From Takakia lepidozioides (Eukaryota; Plantae; Bryophyta): a stretch of 64,000 bases of DNA. The position numbers and the translations under genes were made by a program. Positions 1 through 12,300 of this stretch are shown here, piece after piece. A model generated the notes under the pieces. It did not search any database and was not told the DNA's origin. It was given only the letters and a program-made list of their open reading frames with translations. Position 1 is the stretch's first letter. Every line of letters starts with the position of its first letter. The DNA lies in the NCBI GenBank assembly GCA_030704615.1, contig CM060733.1, positions 26,970,001 to 27,034,000 of the forward strand. Reading direction: 5' to 3'.

Positions 1-208
1 GAATTGTTTTACAAAGGCAAATTGGTAAGGCTATGGGGTAGTAGAAAATTGTTTGGTTAATCCTCGCATTATGCTTCTCCAGGTACATAGTTTTGGAATC
101 GGCTCCATTCTGTATGGTTGGAACTGCATTGATCTGTACAATGGCTTGAACTGTATTTAAACTCCATCCCCATGCTTCACTGCATGAGGGATGATCACAT
201 GCTATCAG

Positions 209-3200
209 GTGCATTCAGTGGCGTGGAATTGTACGGGAAAGAAGCTTGCATCAGGATCTGTTGACCAGACAGCCCGCATTTGGCACATTGAGCCCCATGG
301 CCATGTATGTACCCCCCCTTTTTCTCTAAAACCAAAAGGAATCAAGATTCTGGTTATCATCGAAGTCTGTCCTCGCGTTGAGATGTGGTGGATGGGTTTG
401 GTGTGGGAGGCCAGAGCAAAGCAAAGGATATGGAGTTGAAAGGTCACACTGATAGTGTGGACCAGCTACGTTGGGACCCAAAGCATGCAGACTTACTGGC
501 TACAGCATCTGGTGACAAGACTGTTCGTCTCTGGGATGTCCGCAGTGAGTACTTATAATGTATTCCCCGTGCTTAACCGCACCCCCAAACTCTCTCTCTC
601 TCACTCTGGTCTTGAGCTCTTTGTTCTTGGTCCCCAGCATGAGGCTTTCGATCCATGATGAATACTTAGGATTTTGTCTGTTTGATGGTGACGAGTGGAA
701 CTATACAGAGAATATCCTTGTACCTGCTTTTGTCCTGAACAAGGAATGAGGATTGTTGTTGCAGCTGGTAAATGCTCACAGCAGGTTGAGTTGAGTGGAG
801 AGAACATCAATATAACCTTCAAGCCTGACGGCTGTCATATTGCCGTCGGTAATCGGGTCAGCACCACTTTCCTCTCCTCTGTTTGGTGTTCTATGCAGTA
901 CATTGGCTGCTCTTGGTAAAAGTTAGAGGAGGGTTGGTCCTGACCTGGTCCTAATACAAAAGTTCCATTTTTAGCACATGGGAGTTCATAATTTTTTTCC
1001 AATCAATAACTATCCATGTGACAACAAGGATGGTGTGAAACGAGTAAGACCTAATTGTTCCTAAAGCCTCCAGGCTTCTCTCAAGCAGTTAAGATACATG
1101 TATTTTGGACTGTAATACATTCTTGAGATGGGTATGCCTTCTTTGTTCAGGAAAGTCTCTTTTGTGATAAAATAGTATGTTCCAGAAGGTTATTTTCTTG
1201 CTCTGCATCAGATTTAATATATTTATGGGTCTCAAGATTCAAAATGGTTCTAAGGTTGTCAAAAATTGGGGCTAAAAAGAGAGGACTGCTGCAATAGTTC
1301 ATCATGGGAAACTCACACATCTCAGCTGGAAGTGGTCTGTTGAGGGGGCAGGTTTTCTGTTACATACAGGAGAAACTCAATGTTTTTCATCAGCTCTTAT
1401 GGGTTGTGCAGGATGATGAGTTGACAATTATTGATGTCCGCAAATTTAAAGCCATTCATAAACGAAAATTCACATATGAGGTAATGTTAAGCCCAGACCA
1501 AAGGCAAGCTTGACTGTCGATGAAATTTTTACTGTTTGATATATGTTCTTTGTAACTGAATGACATGGTGATTGGCTTTGTGGCATTGCACAGGTGAATG
1601 AAATAGCGTGGAATACATCTGGTGAACTTTTCTTTCTTACCACAGGAAACGGTAAGCACATGTTTCATTTGCTTCTGTGCACCTTAAATGCCTTGTAGGA
1701 CGCACTGCAAATTGTATGGACCTCATCTTCCCCTGTTGTTTCCATCTGTCAGCCTTGGAATAGTTTTCTCCAGATAAGGTGTAGTCTCTGTGCTGGAATG
1801 GGTATGTTGGTAAACTCTGGATTGGCAGGTTTTCTGCTTGCGCAAACAGCTAATCTGCCAAGCTCACTATTTCCTGCTGAGATTCTCTAGAGTTCGTTTG
1901 CCACAAAATTTTGTCTCACTGATGTTGGCCACAAACTTAAATTGATTAGACATGGGATTAGTGCTCATCTTCAATAAGTTCCTTGAAAGAGGAGAAGATG
2001 TTGATACATATAGCATCACTAGCTGTATGTTTCCAGGCTCTGGCCTTCCTTAATGCTGCGAAATCTGGTGACTGCATCTTGAGTGGTTTAGTGTCTAGTG
2101 TGCTTGTCAGGTATATGCAGCAAATGCCTGCATGTGCTGTGTTTGTCTGCCCCAAAAAGCTGGTTGCTAATTTGAGTAAGAAGCAACTGAAGTGAGTGGG
2201 ATACGAACAGGGACTGTGGAGGTGCTGCAGTATCCAACCCTGCAGACATTGCATACGCTTGTTGCTCACACAGCAGGCTGCTACTGCATTGCCATTGACC
2301 CCACTGGAAGGTGCTATCTCTCTTTCCGCTGATAAATGTGTTCGCAGATGATCTTAGTGGAAGCGGAATGGTTAGCTAAGCTGTCAGGCTGTGGGGTTTG
2401 GATTTCAGTTTGGTGTCTGATGGGGGAGTAGGTGCATGGCAGATATCTGGCAGTGGGAAGTGCGGATGCGCTAGTGAGTTTGTGGGATGTTTCAGAGATG
2501 CTGTGTGTACGCACGTTCACCAAGCTTGAGTATGGCTTTACCATGTGCTCTCATGGCTCAGTTGTACTTTTGGTTGATCTCTGTGAGCTCAGGTGGTGAA
2601 TGTCAGTCTCATCCATTAAAGACTCTCATGCATGCAAACTATCATAACATCTTCAAAGCTCAGACCAAAAGAAGAAAAAGGCAGCTTGGTATAATGTTCT
2701 GTGTTAGCCAAATAAAAACCATAATGTCATCACTTGGTCTTATCTCAAGACCTGCCAGCTTGGAAAATTGATTGGAAGGTTAGGTCAACCGTCTTTGATT
2801 GTACATGATGAATTGAGAGCGGGGGGTTTATCTGATGCGTATGCTAGCCTTCCATTGACAGTGTACGTGGTAACCTTGGTCTAAAGTGACCTCATTGGGG
2901 ATTGGGGTTATTGCAGGTGGCCTGTTCGAACTATCAGCTTCAACCACGATGGCAGTTATATTGCTTCTGCCAGTGAAGATTTGTTTATTGATATTGTGAG
3001 TGATATGTCTGAACCTTAAAGTCAATCACATGTAGGTAGGTGTGCTTGATACATGGAGGTAGCAGTCTGCAAACCCATGCCATATTGAATCTTGCAAGGG
3101 ATCAAGAAATATTGGGAGCCTGTTTTTGTCAGGCAGTCTTATGACACCTGAAATTAATCCGAGTCATGTGAATTCACTGTCAGTTTGCTTGCTTGGTGTT

Positions 3201-4372
3201 ATCCTGAAGCTCATGATTCTGGGAACCTGTAGTAGTCCTCCTATACTCCAGGGCCTGTGATGAGGTCTATCTTTTTCGTGAATTGTTGATGAAAGCCAAT
3301 TTTCAGGAAGTTACATATTCTTTGCAATTTGTGACACCCGATCACAGTTGGGTGTTGGATGTCATCCAACATGTAACTGATATTGAACGGCTCCTCACTC
3401 AGATTGTAACCATTTACTCGGTGGTGCATAGACAGACTTGACACTTTCCATCTGAATATGGGGTTAGCTAACCTTCAACCCAAGGTCCTTCACTGGACCA
3501 GTAGTGCAAGGGGTCAGGTGTCTCAAGACAGGACTGTCGGTCAAAGCCTTTCACTGCATGAAGAACAGTTAGAAATTTTTGTTAAGAGGAACCTTATGAA
3601 TCCTTAAGGTTCGCCTCGGATGTGCCCATGATTTCTGTAAGGTCCTCCTGGAAACAACTGCCATGTTCTGGCTAAGGGGGACCTCAAATAATTAAAATTT
3701 TCTGACTGTTTTTACGCTGTTGGTGGTTAGCTATGATACACAATTTTTGTCTTCTGGGAATTTGTACTGATTGTTTACTCCATGCAGTCGGAGGTGGAAA
3801 GCGGCCGTTCAGTTCACCAAATACCATGCCGTGCAGCCATGAACAGTGTGGAATGGAATCCTAAGTATAACTTACTGGCATTTGCAGCTGATGATAAAAA
3901 TAAGTACCAAGCTGATGAAGGTGTGTGACCAGCTCTCTCTCCCTCTGCTTTATTTTGCAGATTTGTGCACTGAAAGCTTGACAAAAATTTCGTGCACGCT
4001 CACACGGTTTGATCAGTATTTTCAAGGAAGTGAACTCAACAGTTGTATTTTGTTGCACTACCTGTATAACTTGGCCTTAGCCTAGGGCACATCCTTGTGA
4101 GGAGCTTCAACTTGGATTAGTCCAGTTCCCATTCCCTCAATATCCCACTACTGAAAAGCAGCGTCGTACCACAGAGGGTGACCTCCTACATAGTACTATG
4201 TAAGATTTGAATCCCAGATTGCTTAAGTGGGTCTAGGTCTAGAGGTGACCACTTGGCTATCTGCTGGGCGTTCACTATTGTATATACTCAAAAGGAGGTA
4301 AGAATCAATCTCATGTGCTTAATGTGCATCATTGCAGGAGTCTTCCGGGTTTTTGGTTATGAGACTGTGTAA
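209..4372 (+). CDS. THO3: THO complex subunit 3 (TEX1), WD40 protein; first exon(s) lie upstream of the window. Exons 209-304, 415-544, 765-856, 1412-1480, 1594-1651, 2211-2310, 2443-2529, 2917-2995, 3788-3920, 4338-4372
   Basis: GT-AG exons join in phase to give VHSVAWNCTGKKLASGSVDQTARIW...GHTDSVDQLRWDPKHADLLATASGDKTVRLWD...YLAVGSADALVSLWD...WPVRTISFNHDG...AMNSVEWNPKYNLLAFAADDKNKYQADEGVFRVFGYETV*, matching plant TEX1/THOC3. Confidence 0.95.
4195..4270 (-). mobile_element. Degenerate tRNA-derived SINE-like head in the last THO3 intron
   Basis: Minus strand has A-box TAGCCAAGTGG and, about 35 nt later, B-box-like GGATTCAAATC; no cloverleaf. Confidence 0.4.
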
Positions 4373-4700
4373 ATTGCACCATCTTGAAGGTCTGATCCAG
4401 GTGTCTTCCCGCAGGGACAGAAAGCAGTGCGGATTCTCAGCCACTGAACAGCTTTGTAGCTAAAACAGAACCACCTTAGTCTTAACTGTAAACACAGCCT
4501 ACAGCGACCTTTATATCAGTATGTAGAAACACCGATCCTGGTTTTGGGGGTGGGCTAAGCTCAATACAGTGTTACTGTTTATGGCTGGAGTGTGTCACAA
4601 TTTCGGAGGCTCCTACATTGGCACCTCCCAAAGAGTGTCTACCTGAGTCTTTTGAATGGTGCGGTGACAGTTTGTTGGCTCTGCCTTCCAGGGAGAGTCC

Positions 4701-4971
4701 CTGTGACATGTTGGATACATGTGAAAACGGTCACATGGCTGCCAATCAGGTTCTTGCTCCCGAGTATTCCCCACTATTGCCTTGATCCTTGAAAAAAGTC
4801 CAACATTTTTTGATCCACTGCCCTTTGTCTTTGAGACTCTGTGATATGTTGGTTACATGTGAATTCCTTCACGTCTGCGAATCAGGTTCTTGCTCCCAAA
4901 TATTCCCCACCATTGCCATGATCCTTGAAAGAAGTACTACATTTATTGATCCACTGCCCGTTCTCTTCGAG
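4701..4971. repeat. Diverged tandem duplication, unit about 137 bp (4701-4836 and 4839-4971)
   Basis: Both units share ctgtga.atgttgg.tacatgtgaa...aatcaggttcttgctccc..tattccccac.attgcc.tgatccttgaaa...tgatccactgccc. Confidence 0.85.
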
Positions 4972-6774
4972 TCCAATAGTCTCTCTTTCGTTTTTGTTTG
5001 GTGGTTGTCGGTCTATTATCTGTTTATTTAAATTAAGGGAAACAACAGCTCTTCAATTCGGGCATCTTGAAGTGAAAGGAGATGTTCAGCTTTCCAACAA
5101 ACCTCCATGATTTCCAGGGCCTCCGTCCCCATTCTTTGAAAAATGAACAAACCTCTATGACACCAAGCAGAAGGCTCTAGCAGAGAGTAACTAGGCACAC
5201 ACTAGGATGAGGGTTAGGGCTTATTGTGATCAACCTGATTAACACTCTAGTGGTCAAGCAATGGTGTTATTGCTATGGTCTTCTCTTACGATGTTAAGAA
5301 CAAATTTGGGTTGTGATGCAAAGACATTTCTAGGCACAGTTTTCTTCCTCTGCATGCATCGAGCGTTCGCGCAGGGCGCAGCCTCAGTTACTCCAGATCA
5401 TCACAAATACAGGACACAGACATTATTCCATCCTTCACTCACAAAGATATGATTTCCATACCTTGTACATAAACTGAAAAACCCCAAAACTGTCCTCGGC
5501 ACAGTTGTCTGCCAAGACTTTGTTATCTACTTAACCTTTTGATGTCATCTAGGCCAATATGACAAGACCTCTACTGAATATAGCGTGCATCCTCGCAATT
5601 AATCCCAGGAGTGTTGTCATTGGGGAGCTTAGAGCTTTTCCAAAATGTCATTACTTGTAGAGGTAATGCTAGCTCCAACACCCCCTAAAGACAACAAACA
5701 ATTGATCCGAGTTTTCCAAATATCCTCTAAAAATCCCTTCACACAAACATCAATCTGTTGTGCGTGCTTTGCTTTATACCTATGCATTGCGACCAACATT
5801 CCGAGCATTGCACCCACGAAGAAAAGAAGACAACAATCAGCGCATTTCCATATTTGATTGCCAAAATGTCTTTCATTAAAGCCCCCCAAGTTTGTGTGGG
5901 CTCTGAGGATTAGAGGATGATTCAAGAATCAGAAAAGGAGGGAATGGAACGAGCAAAAGGGGCTTTGGGCCAGAAACCGGGGTGCAAAAAAATAGAAGGA
6001 CAGTTTAAGCAAGACTCAATTAAGGATGGTTGGTGGACATAGAGCCGGTGGGAACAACCAATAGAGAGGGAGATCCGGGGTATAGTGGAGGGATGGAAGC
6101 ATCCATAGGAGAAAGACGTGTGCAGGGCCAAGGGTTCGAGAACCAACTTGCAGCGCCTCGACGTGTGAGGGCTAATGCCATTTAGAGATGGGGTGAGCAC
6201 ATGCGGGCGGGCTTCCAAAACAATCTGCGGCAGCCTGAACCCACAAGCTCGAGTATATATAGCAATGGCGGGTGCCGACGGTGCAGGTCTCACACCTTGA
6301 AGCCCAAGGTGCCCTGGTGAATTCCTATGGGAGGTCCTAGGGCCATCTAAAAACATAAATTTGGAGGACAAACCATTAGGCTATCAATTAATAGGGAGAG
6401 TGAGCTAAATAAGCCCCCTAATGAGGGGGTAGAATATACCAAAGTATCGTAATGATTCCTGAGACACTCTTTGTTATTTGAGGGCATTACTATTGGACAG
6501 AGTTGGCCTCATCCATGGATTGAGCCCTCACCCTCCGGACCTCAAATCCTGGAAACCCCCTGGGCAGAGACCTTACCCCTTACGTAAAGACTGGGACCAA
6601 GCAGGACAGACCGGTCTACAACGCACATTTCTTTGATAAAATATTTTCAACATTTTGTTTTTTCTTCTTTTGTCAAAGGGTGTGCTGCAAACCACCCTTC
6701 CTTCTTTGACCCGCTCCGTAGGTCAGCCATATCCCCCACAGTCATGTGCTTCTCTTCAAGGCCCCACTTTTTTT

Positions 6775-6993
6775 TTTTTAAATAATAAATTAAAAAAAAA
6801 GGGGAAACACCTGCTCACAAATCAGGCCCCTTAGTAGTGAGAGGAGAAAATAACCTCTTTCATTTATGCGCCATGGAGGCGAATGAGTGGGACACCGCCC
6901 GGGAACCATACCACACCCGTCAGTAGCAAGATTTGACCCCAGAATCATCTGGGTGGCACTCAGTGCACTTAACCAACTGAGCTACTGACTGCT
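6775..6993 (-). mobile_element. tRNA-derived SINE-like element, copy A
   Basis: Minus strand reads A-box TAGCTCAGTTGG, B-box-like GGGTCAAATC, a body, then AAGGGGCCTGATTTGTGAGCAGGTGTTTCCCC and a T/A-rich tail. Colinear with the copy at 34378-34605. Confidence 0.7.
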
Positions 6994-7434
6994 GGTTTTT
7001 TTTTTCTTTCTAAATTTTTAAGCGAAAGGGGACGGAGGCCCTTTTAATCAAATTAATGAAAAGGATTTACAAAAAGGTGAAAAAAATAACCACCCAATAG
7101 GCTTTTACCTTTTACAGTGTGCGAACAAGGCCCCACTTTAGCCACAACATAGCATTTATGGCTATTGAAACTGAAAAAACAAAAAACTGATGCTAAATTT
7201 ATTCATGCAAGTAATAAACATACAAATAGTAACTTGTTTCATTCAAGTGAAAACCGGAACATGAAAACAATAATAGTAATAAATGTGAGCATGTGCTTGG
7301 ATGATCATCCGTAAACTGGATGATGTTGTGGAGGAAACGGAAAAACATCCATTCTATTTCAAGATGGCATCCAATGTTGGAGGAATGATTCTTGGAATAT
7401 GACGGTCGGATAGTTATGAGCGTCCGGATCCCCG

Positions 7435-8365
7435 GAATATCAAATCTCACTTTCTTTCACTTCACGTAATAAATGCAGTATTGTTTTCTGTTCGCGTAAG
7501 TTCCCACGTTCCCCTGATTCTCCAACCGCATTGCTAATTATCATTATTGTACTTACGCCTTAAAATTAGAGATTATATATTTCAAAGGTAAGATTAAATC
7601 CAAAATAAAGTTTCTCATGGCATCCTTTCCTCCTATTAAAAAGAAAAGTCCCCCTCCTCAAGGGCCTGAATTATGAGCAGTCGCTCCCAGGTTTCCTTAA
7701 ATAAAAAGAAGAAAAAAAAAGAAAGGTAAAAAAGAAAAGAAAAGAAGACATTTTCCTCGCCCTTCAATGCATTTAATTAATTTAATTAAAAGGGCCTCTG
7801 TCCCCTTTCCTAAAACAATATTAAGAAAAAAAAAAAGGTCCAGTGGGCTTTCCCCCACCCTTCCCTTTTCAAAAAATTTAATTGTGGGCTGATCGCTCCC
7901 AGGTTTCCTTTTTTTAAATTTAAATTAATTAGTTTTGTGATTAAAAACATTAATTATTCAAAATATATTAAAATTTAAAACAATTTAGAACAAAGGGAAA
8001 CACCTGGCCCTTCCTTTTTGTTTTGAAAAAAACAAAAAACAAAAAACCATAAAATAAAATAAAATAAAATAGAATATCAAATCTCACTTCATTTCACTTC
8101 ATGTAGTAAGTGTAGGATCGTTACGACGTTCCCACGCCTTTCCAATGGCCAATTAGAAATGACCAGAGCATTACTTATAATCGATATTACAATTAACTCT
8201 TAAATATTTAAATAGAAATATTTTCATATTTTAAATAGAAAAGACAATTATGTTAGTGATTTTATCATTGAGGGCTTATTATTACTATACCTTCTTACGA
8301 AAATTAAAAATTAAAAAACAATAAGTGATAAAATAAAATAATGTTTTCCTCGCCTTTCAATGCAA
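7435..8365. repeat. AT-rich diverged duplication (about 7435-7770 vs 8072-8365) containing retroposon tail motifs
   Basis: gaatatcaaatctcactt, gttcccacg and ttttcctcgcc.ttcaatgca each occur twice about 600-640 bp apart; tail motif tcgctcccaggtttcc at about 7681 and 7893. Confidence 0.65.
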
Positions 8366-9301
8366 GGGCGGCTGCGTTTCTGGGCATCTGTCCCTCCTTT
8401 TTCTAAAAGAACACAACAAAAAATAAATACATAAAGAGGTTAGCGCGGTAAGAAGAGGCAGTTTCCAAGAGAGCAGCGAACGGCAAAGAAGAGGAAGAGA
8501 GCACAAGGAGGAGACGGGGCGATGGCGGCAGGGCTGCTCTGCACTGCGACGGCCGCGCAGCAGAAAGCGCGTATGCTCGCGCTGTAGCTGCCTGCCTGCC
8601 TGGCCCACCATCGCTGGACCTGCACACAGTCTACAGGCGCGCCTGAGTTTAGTCTACTTACAAACCTCGAGCAGTGCGTTTGAGAAGGAGAAAGAAAGAA
8701 AGAAAGGAAAGAGGGACGCTGTGAAAACAAGGATTGGCAACAGGTGGCGGTGGCAGAGAGGCAGACGGGCAGCGAAAGGGGAGGGGATGCAGGGATCGGA
8801 AGTTGGAGTGATGTCAAATTCGGAGCCGGGGAGAACTTGCTAGTGTTGTTGGACTGCGTGGGTGTGCTCGGGTGGCCACTGCCTTGCTGGTTTTTTTTTT
8901 CTTCGGGTGCTGGTGTATGATGTGAAGAGATCGGATCATTTCTTTGTGGTGCTGGTGGAGAAGAGTTGTGTAATAGTGGGTTGGGTTGTGGTGAAGACGA
9001 TGGTGTGAGCAGTGACAGGCCGTTGCAATTGAGGCTGTGTTCGGAATCCATGCTTCTCGGTGCTCTTCCCTTGTGCTTGGCGGTGGGCCTGGTTCAAGTA
9101 TGAGGCTTGCGGAGCTTTGAGGGTTTTTTCCATCGTGTTTTTTCCTCTGGAGCCTTCCTTCTTGCGGGTATTAGTCGAGGTAGCTACAAAATCGGGGATT
9201 TGAATACAGTATGTACGAAGGGCTGCGCATTTTTGTGAGAATACACGCGGGAGTGTGCTAGCTGGAGGAGACAAAGAGCGGAGGGCGGCGGGCATCGTGA
9301 A

Positions 9302-12300
9302 ATGCCTACTTACGTTACTCGGGAGGTCTCGAAGGTATTGCTCTGCGCTTCTTCTTCCTCTTCCGGTATAAGTTCCAATTTCTATAACGTGTGGATAACC
9401 TCTTATATTCGACAACGCGAGATATGCAGGCACACTGTTGGTCTCCCCGTTATTATATTATTCGGACGGTGTCATATCTATCAGAGCTCGTGTGTCAGAG
9501 AACACAACAGTACAAAGTAGGTGTCTTCTGCTGATTGCCGCAGTTAAAAATCTGACATGCAGGTTCGAATCCAGGCACTGTTGGTGCATTGGGTTTGCTG
9601 TAGCCAGATGGTTATTTACTGAGTATTGGCTCTCTCTCAGTCGACTATTTCAGTAGCGATTTTGAAGTTGCAGCTGGCCCTGAGCGGGAGAAGGATTAAT
9701 AAATCCATCTTACATTTTATCCCAGGATGTACTGAAGTCTGAAGTGTGCATTCAGTGTGTCAAGAACGTTGTAGTATAATCGAAGCCTTCGTGAAAGTCA
9801 AAATCGACCGTTGCCAGCCGCCAAAATGGTATTAGGGTTGCTGCAAGGTGCAAGAATGGATGCCAACGTAGCAGGTTCTGTCTGCTGTAGGGTCTGTCTT
9901 TGTATGTGATACCGTTGGGTTAAAGGGTTAAAGTCTTGGGACTCGTGTTTGTGCATCTTTCTCTCAAAAAGGAGGGTAAGATCCCGAGCTTTAAATTATG
10001 AATAGTGTGCTTGCTTGACAAATGGTGTCTGGAAGCACATTGTGTGCTACCCAGGTGTTATCTTCTTTGTAAACTATCAATGACTTCCTTGTCTCGAACC
10101 TGCTGTTCGAAGTTCTATTGAAGGGGCCCATTTTTCACTTCTTTGTGCAGCTGCCCTCCAGTCATCTTTATTAATGAGGCTACCTTTTGGACTGGTAACA
10201 GATATGGAGGAGGATAGTTTCGGAGTTTACTGTGGAGGTGCCGCTTTTGCAGCAAAGGTGGAAATTTATCCTATTTGGGCTTGTTTTTCAGGTAAGCCTG
10301 TTTCGAGCTCCTGTACACATATTCTCACGAGCCCTTGGAAGGGCACCCCTGAGGCTGTTGCTGTTCTAAACCATCCCAATTATGTGAAACTGGACCTTGC
10401 ATTGGAGGACTTGTGCTGATTTTTGGCGCCTGTGCTTTTGCGAGTTCAAGATGAATCCTCGTAAGATAAGTGTGGGGGGTTTTGCAGTACATTCATGGAG
10501 TTGGGGCTCGTGTGGCACATTATCTGCATCGGCCAGGCCCCCTTCTGCATGATGTGGGCTTTGATTTACTTCCTGTATGTTCCTTTCCCCTTCTCACTGT
10601 ACTCTGTTCTACTCATTTCCTGTCACCAACTAAAAACTGGTCTCTGAAGAATACTTACCTGATTGTTAGATTCCAGTTCTATGTGAGTAATACTGAAGAG
10701 TTGGTAGCCTTTGAGACTTGCAATTGACGGTGAGAGCGTATGCCTCAAAAGAGTTCACCTAGCATCCAGTTTGTTGGAAATCACACACCATTTGATTTTT
10801 TGTGGAAGGCTGACTTCCTGAGCAACCACGTGGTAGCTAGAGAGAGGAAGGGAGAGAGAGGGCAATGTATTTAGTTTGGCCTGTTGCACAGCTATACAGC
10901 AGGTGACTATCGAGATTGTAGAGTGGTACTGTATGCATGTGTTGGAATTGGTCCTTTCTCCTGGAAAAGTTGGCAGGAGACTGCGTGAAATTCGCAGGTG
11001 CTACTGACTGATGATTTGGATGTATTTACAAGTAATGACCTAGTTTTTCTGCAATGGGGAAGGGTGAGGTTTTTAATGGTTCTTTGTGTCTTGTTATTTT
11101 GGGCACTCCACAGGAGCTCGGGGCGGAAAATTCCCACATCAGTGAAACCCTCTTCACCTTCATCTTTGTTTCCTATGTTTTGGTATGCCTTTCTGGCCCA
11201 GGTTCTTTGTATGATCTTTCCAATCAAGTGTTGTTTAGAAACTAGTTCCTCCTGAAATGAACACGTCTTAGTTGTCTTCCATAACTTGTCTTCTTTTTAT
11301 CAAATTTGACACACGCTTCTGATTTGTTACTGAAGTTTTATTTGGCAAGTTTTGTTCCATCAGCGTATTTTTGATGAGAATGATGTGGATCTTTTGGGAG
11401 TGCAGTGGACATTCCATCCATTTGTATTTTATAACAAGCGCTTCTACACTGCTGTGCTTTGGCACAGAACGTTCGCAGTCCTGGTGGTATGTTCCTACAA
11501 AACTAAGACCCCCACTTGTCCCCCACTGCAACATTATATATTTCCTGCAGGAAAACTAAGTGTCATATGCCCATGGTACACTTTCTGCTTCAGCCATTAC
11601 CAAGCTCCCCATTCTGTGTTTGCTTAACTGACCTTTCCATTCCACAAACTCTTGTAGTGCAATATGCACAGTACTTGCTAAAGTGATAGGCATACATCAT
11701 AGTATATGGAACACATCACCCATGTAAGACTCGAAAGAGGGTGGTACTTGGCAAACATGCCTTGTTGGGCAGGTGGAGTGAGCTGGTTGGGGTTTCCCCT
11801 GATATAGCATATGAGCATTTCACCTTGGGTGCCAATGGGTGTCAATGCAATCTGCTACTGTCTCTTTTATAATTCCCATCTGTGCTTGAACCACCTCACA
11901 AGCTCCTCTTAGTCCAGGCTTTCTTTTCTGTCTTTGCCCGTGTCCCCCACTGTACTTTCATATCATTTCTTGCACGCATATGGGATTAGAAATTGTCCCT
12001 ATATATAGTCTCCAGGAGTGTGGTGGTACCTAACAGGAGGGGGTTGTGTGCAGGTTTGTCAAACTCTGAGGGTTGCGTCTTTCCTGGTTACCCAGCTGCC
12101 GGGCCCTAACTATCATTGTCGGGAGGTGAGCTTCTTATATTGTTGGCAATTCACTTTGCATACAACATCCGGGAATCATGATTGATTTGATGTCAATAGG
12201 ACTGGTTTCTTATTGCATTGGCTCTTGGGGTAAAACTTTAGGGTGGGCATGAATTGTATCAGGGGTCACAGCAGATGTCACGCTCTGCCTATAAGCATCA

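Noticed and set aside
469-471. THO3 CGT (Arg) where homologues have Cys, suggesting RNA editing
   Set aside because: A single substitution in a nuclear gene; no basis for editing.
5629-6371. Minus-strand ORFs of 98 and 149 aa, possibly LINE debris
   Set aside because: No motif I can identify with confidence in any frame.
8357-9433. Long antisense ORFs (203 and 165 aa)
   Set aside because: Low-complexity by-products of the G-rich IPCS leader.
9562-9575. Perfect B-box GGTTCGAATCC in IPCS intron 1
   Set aside because: No A-box or cloverleaf nearby.
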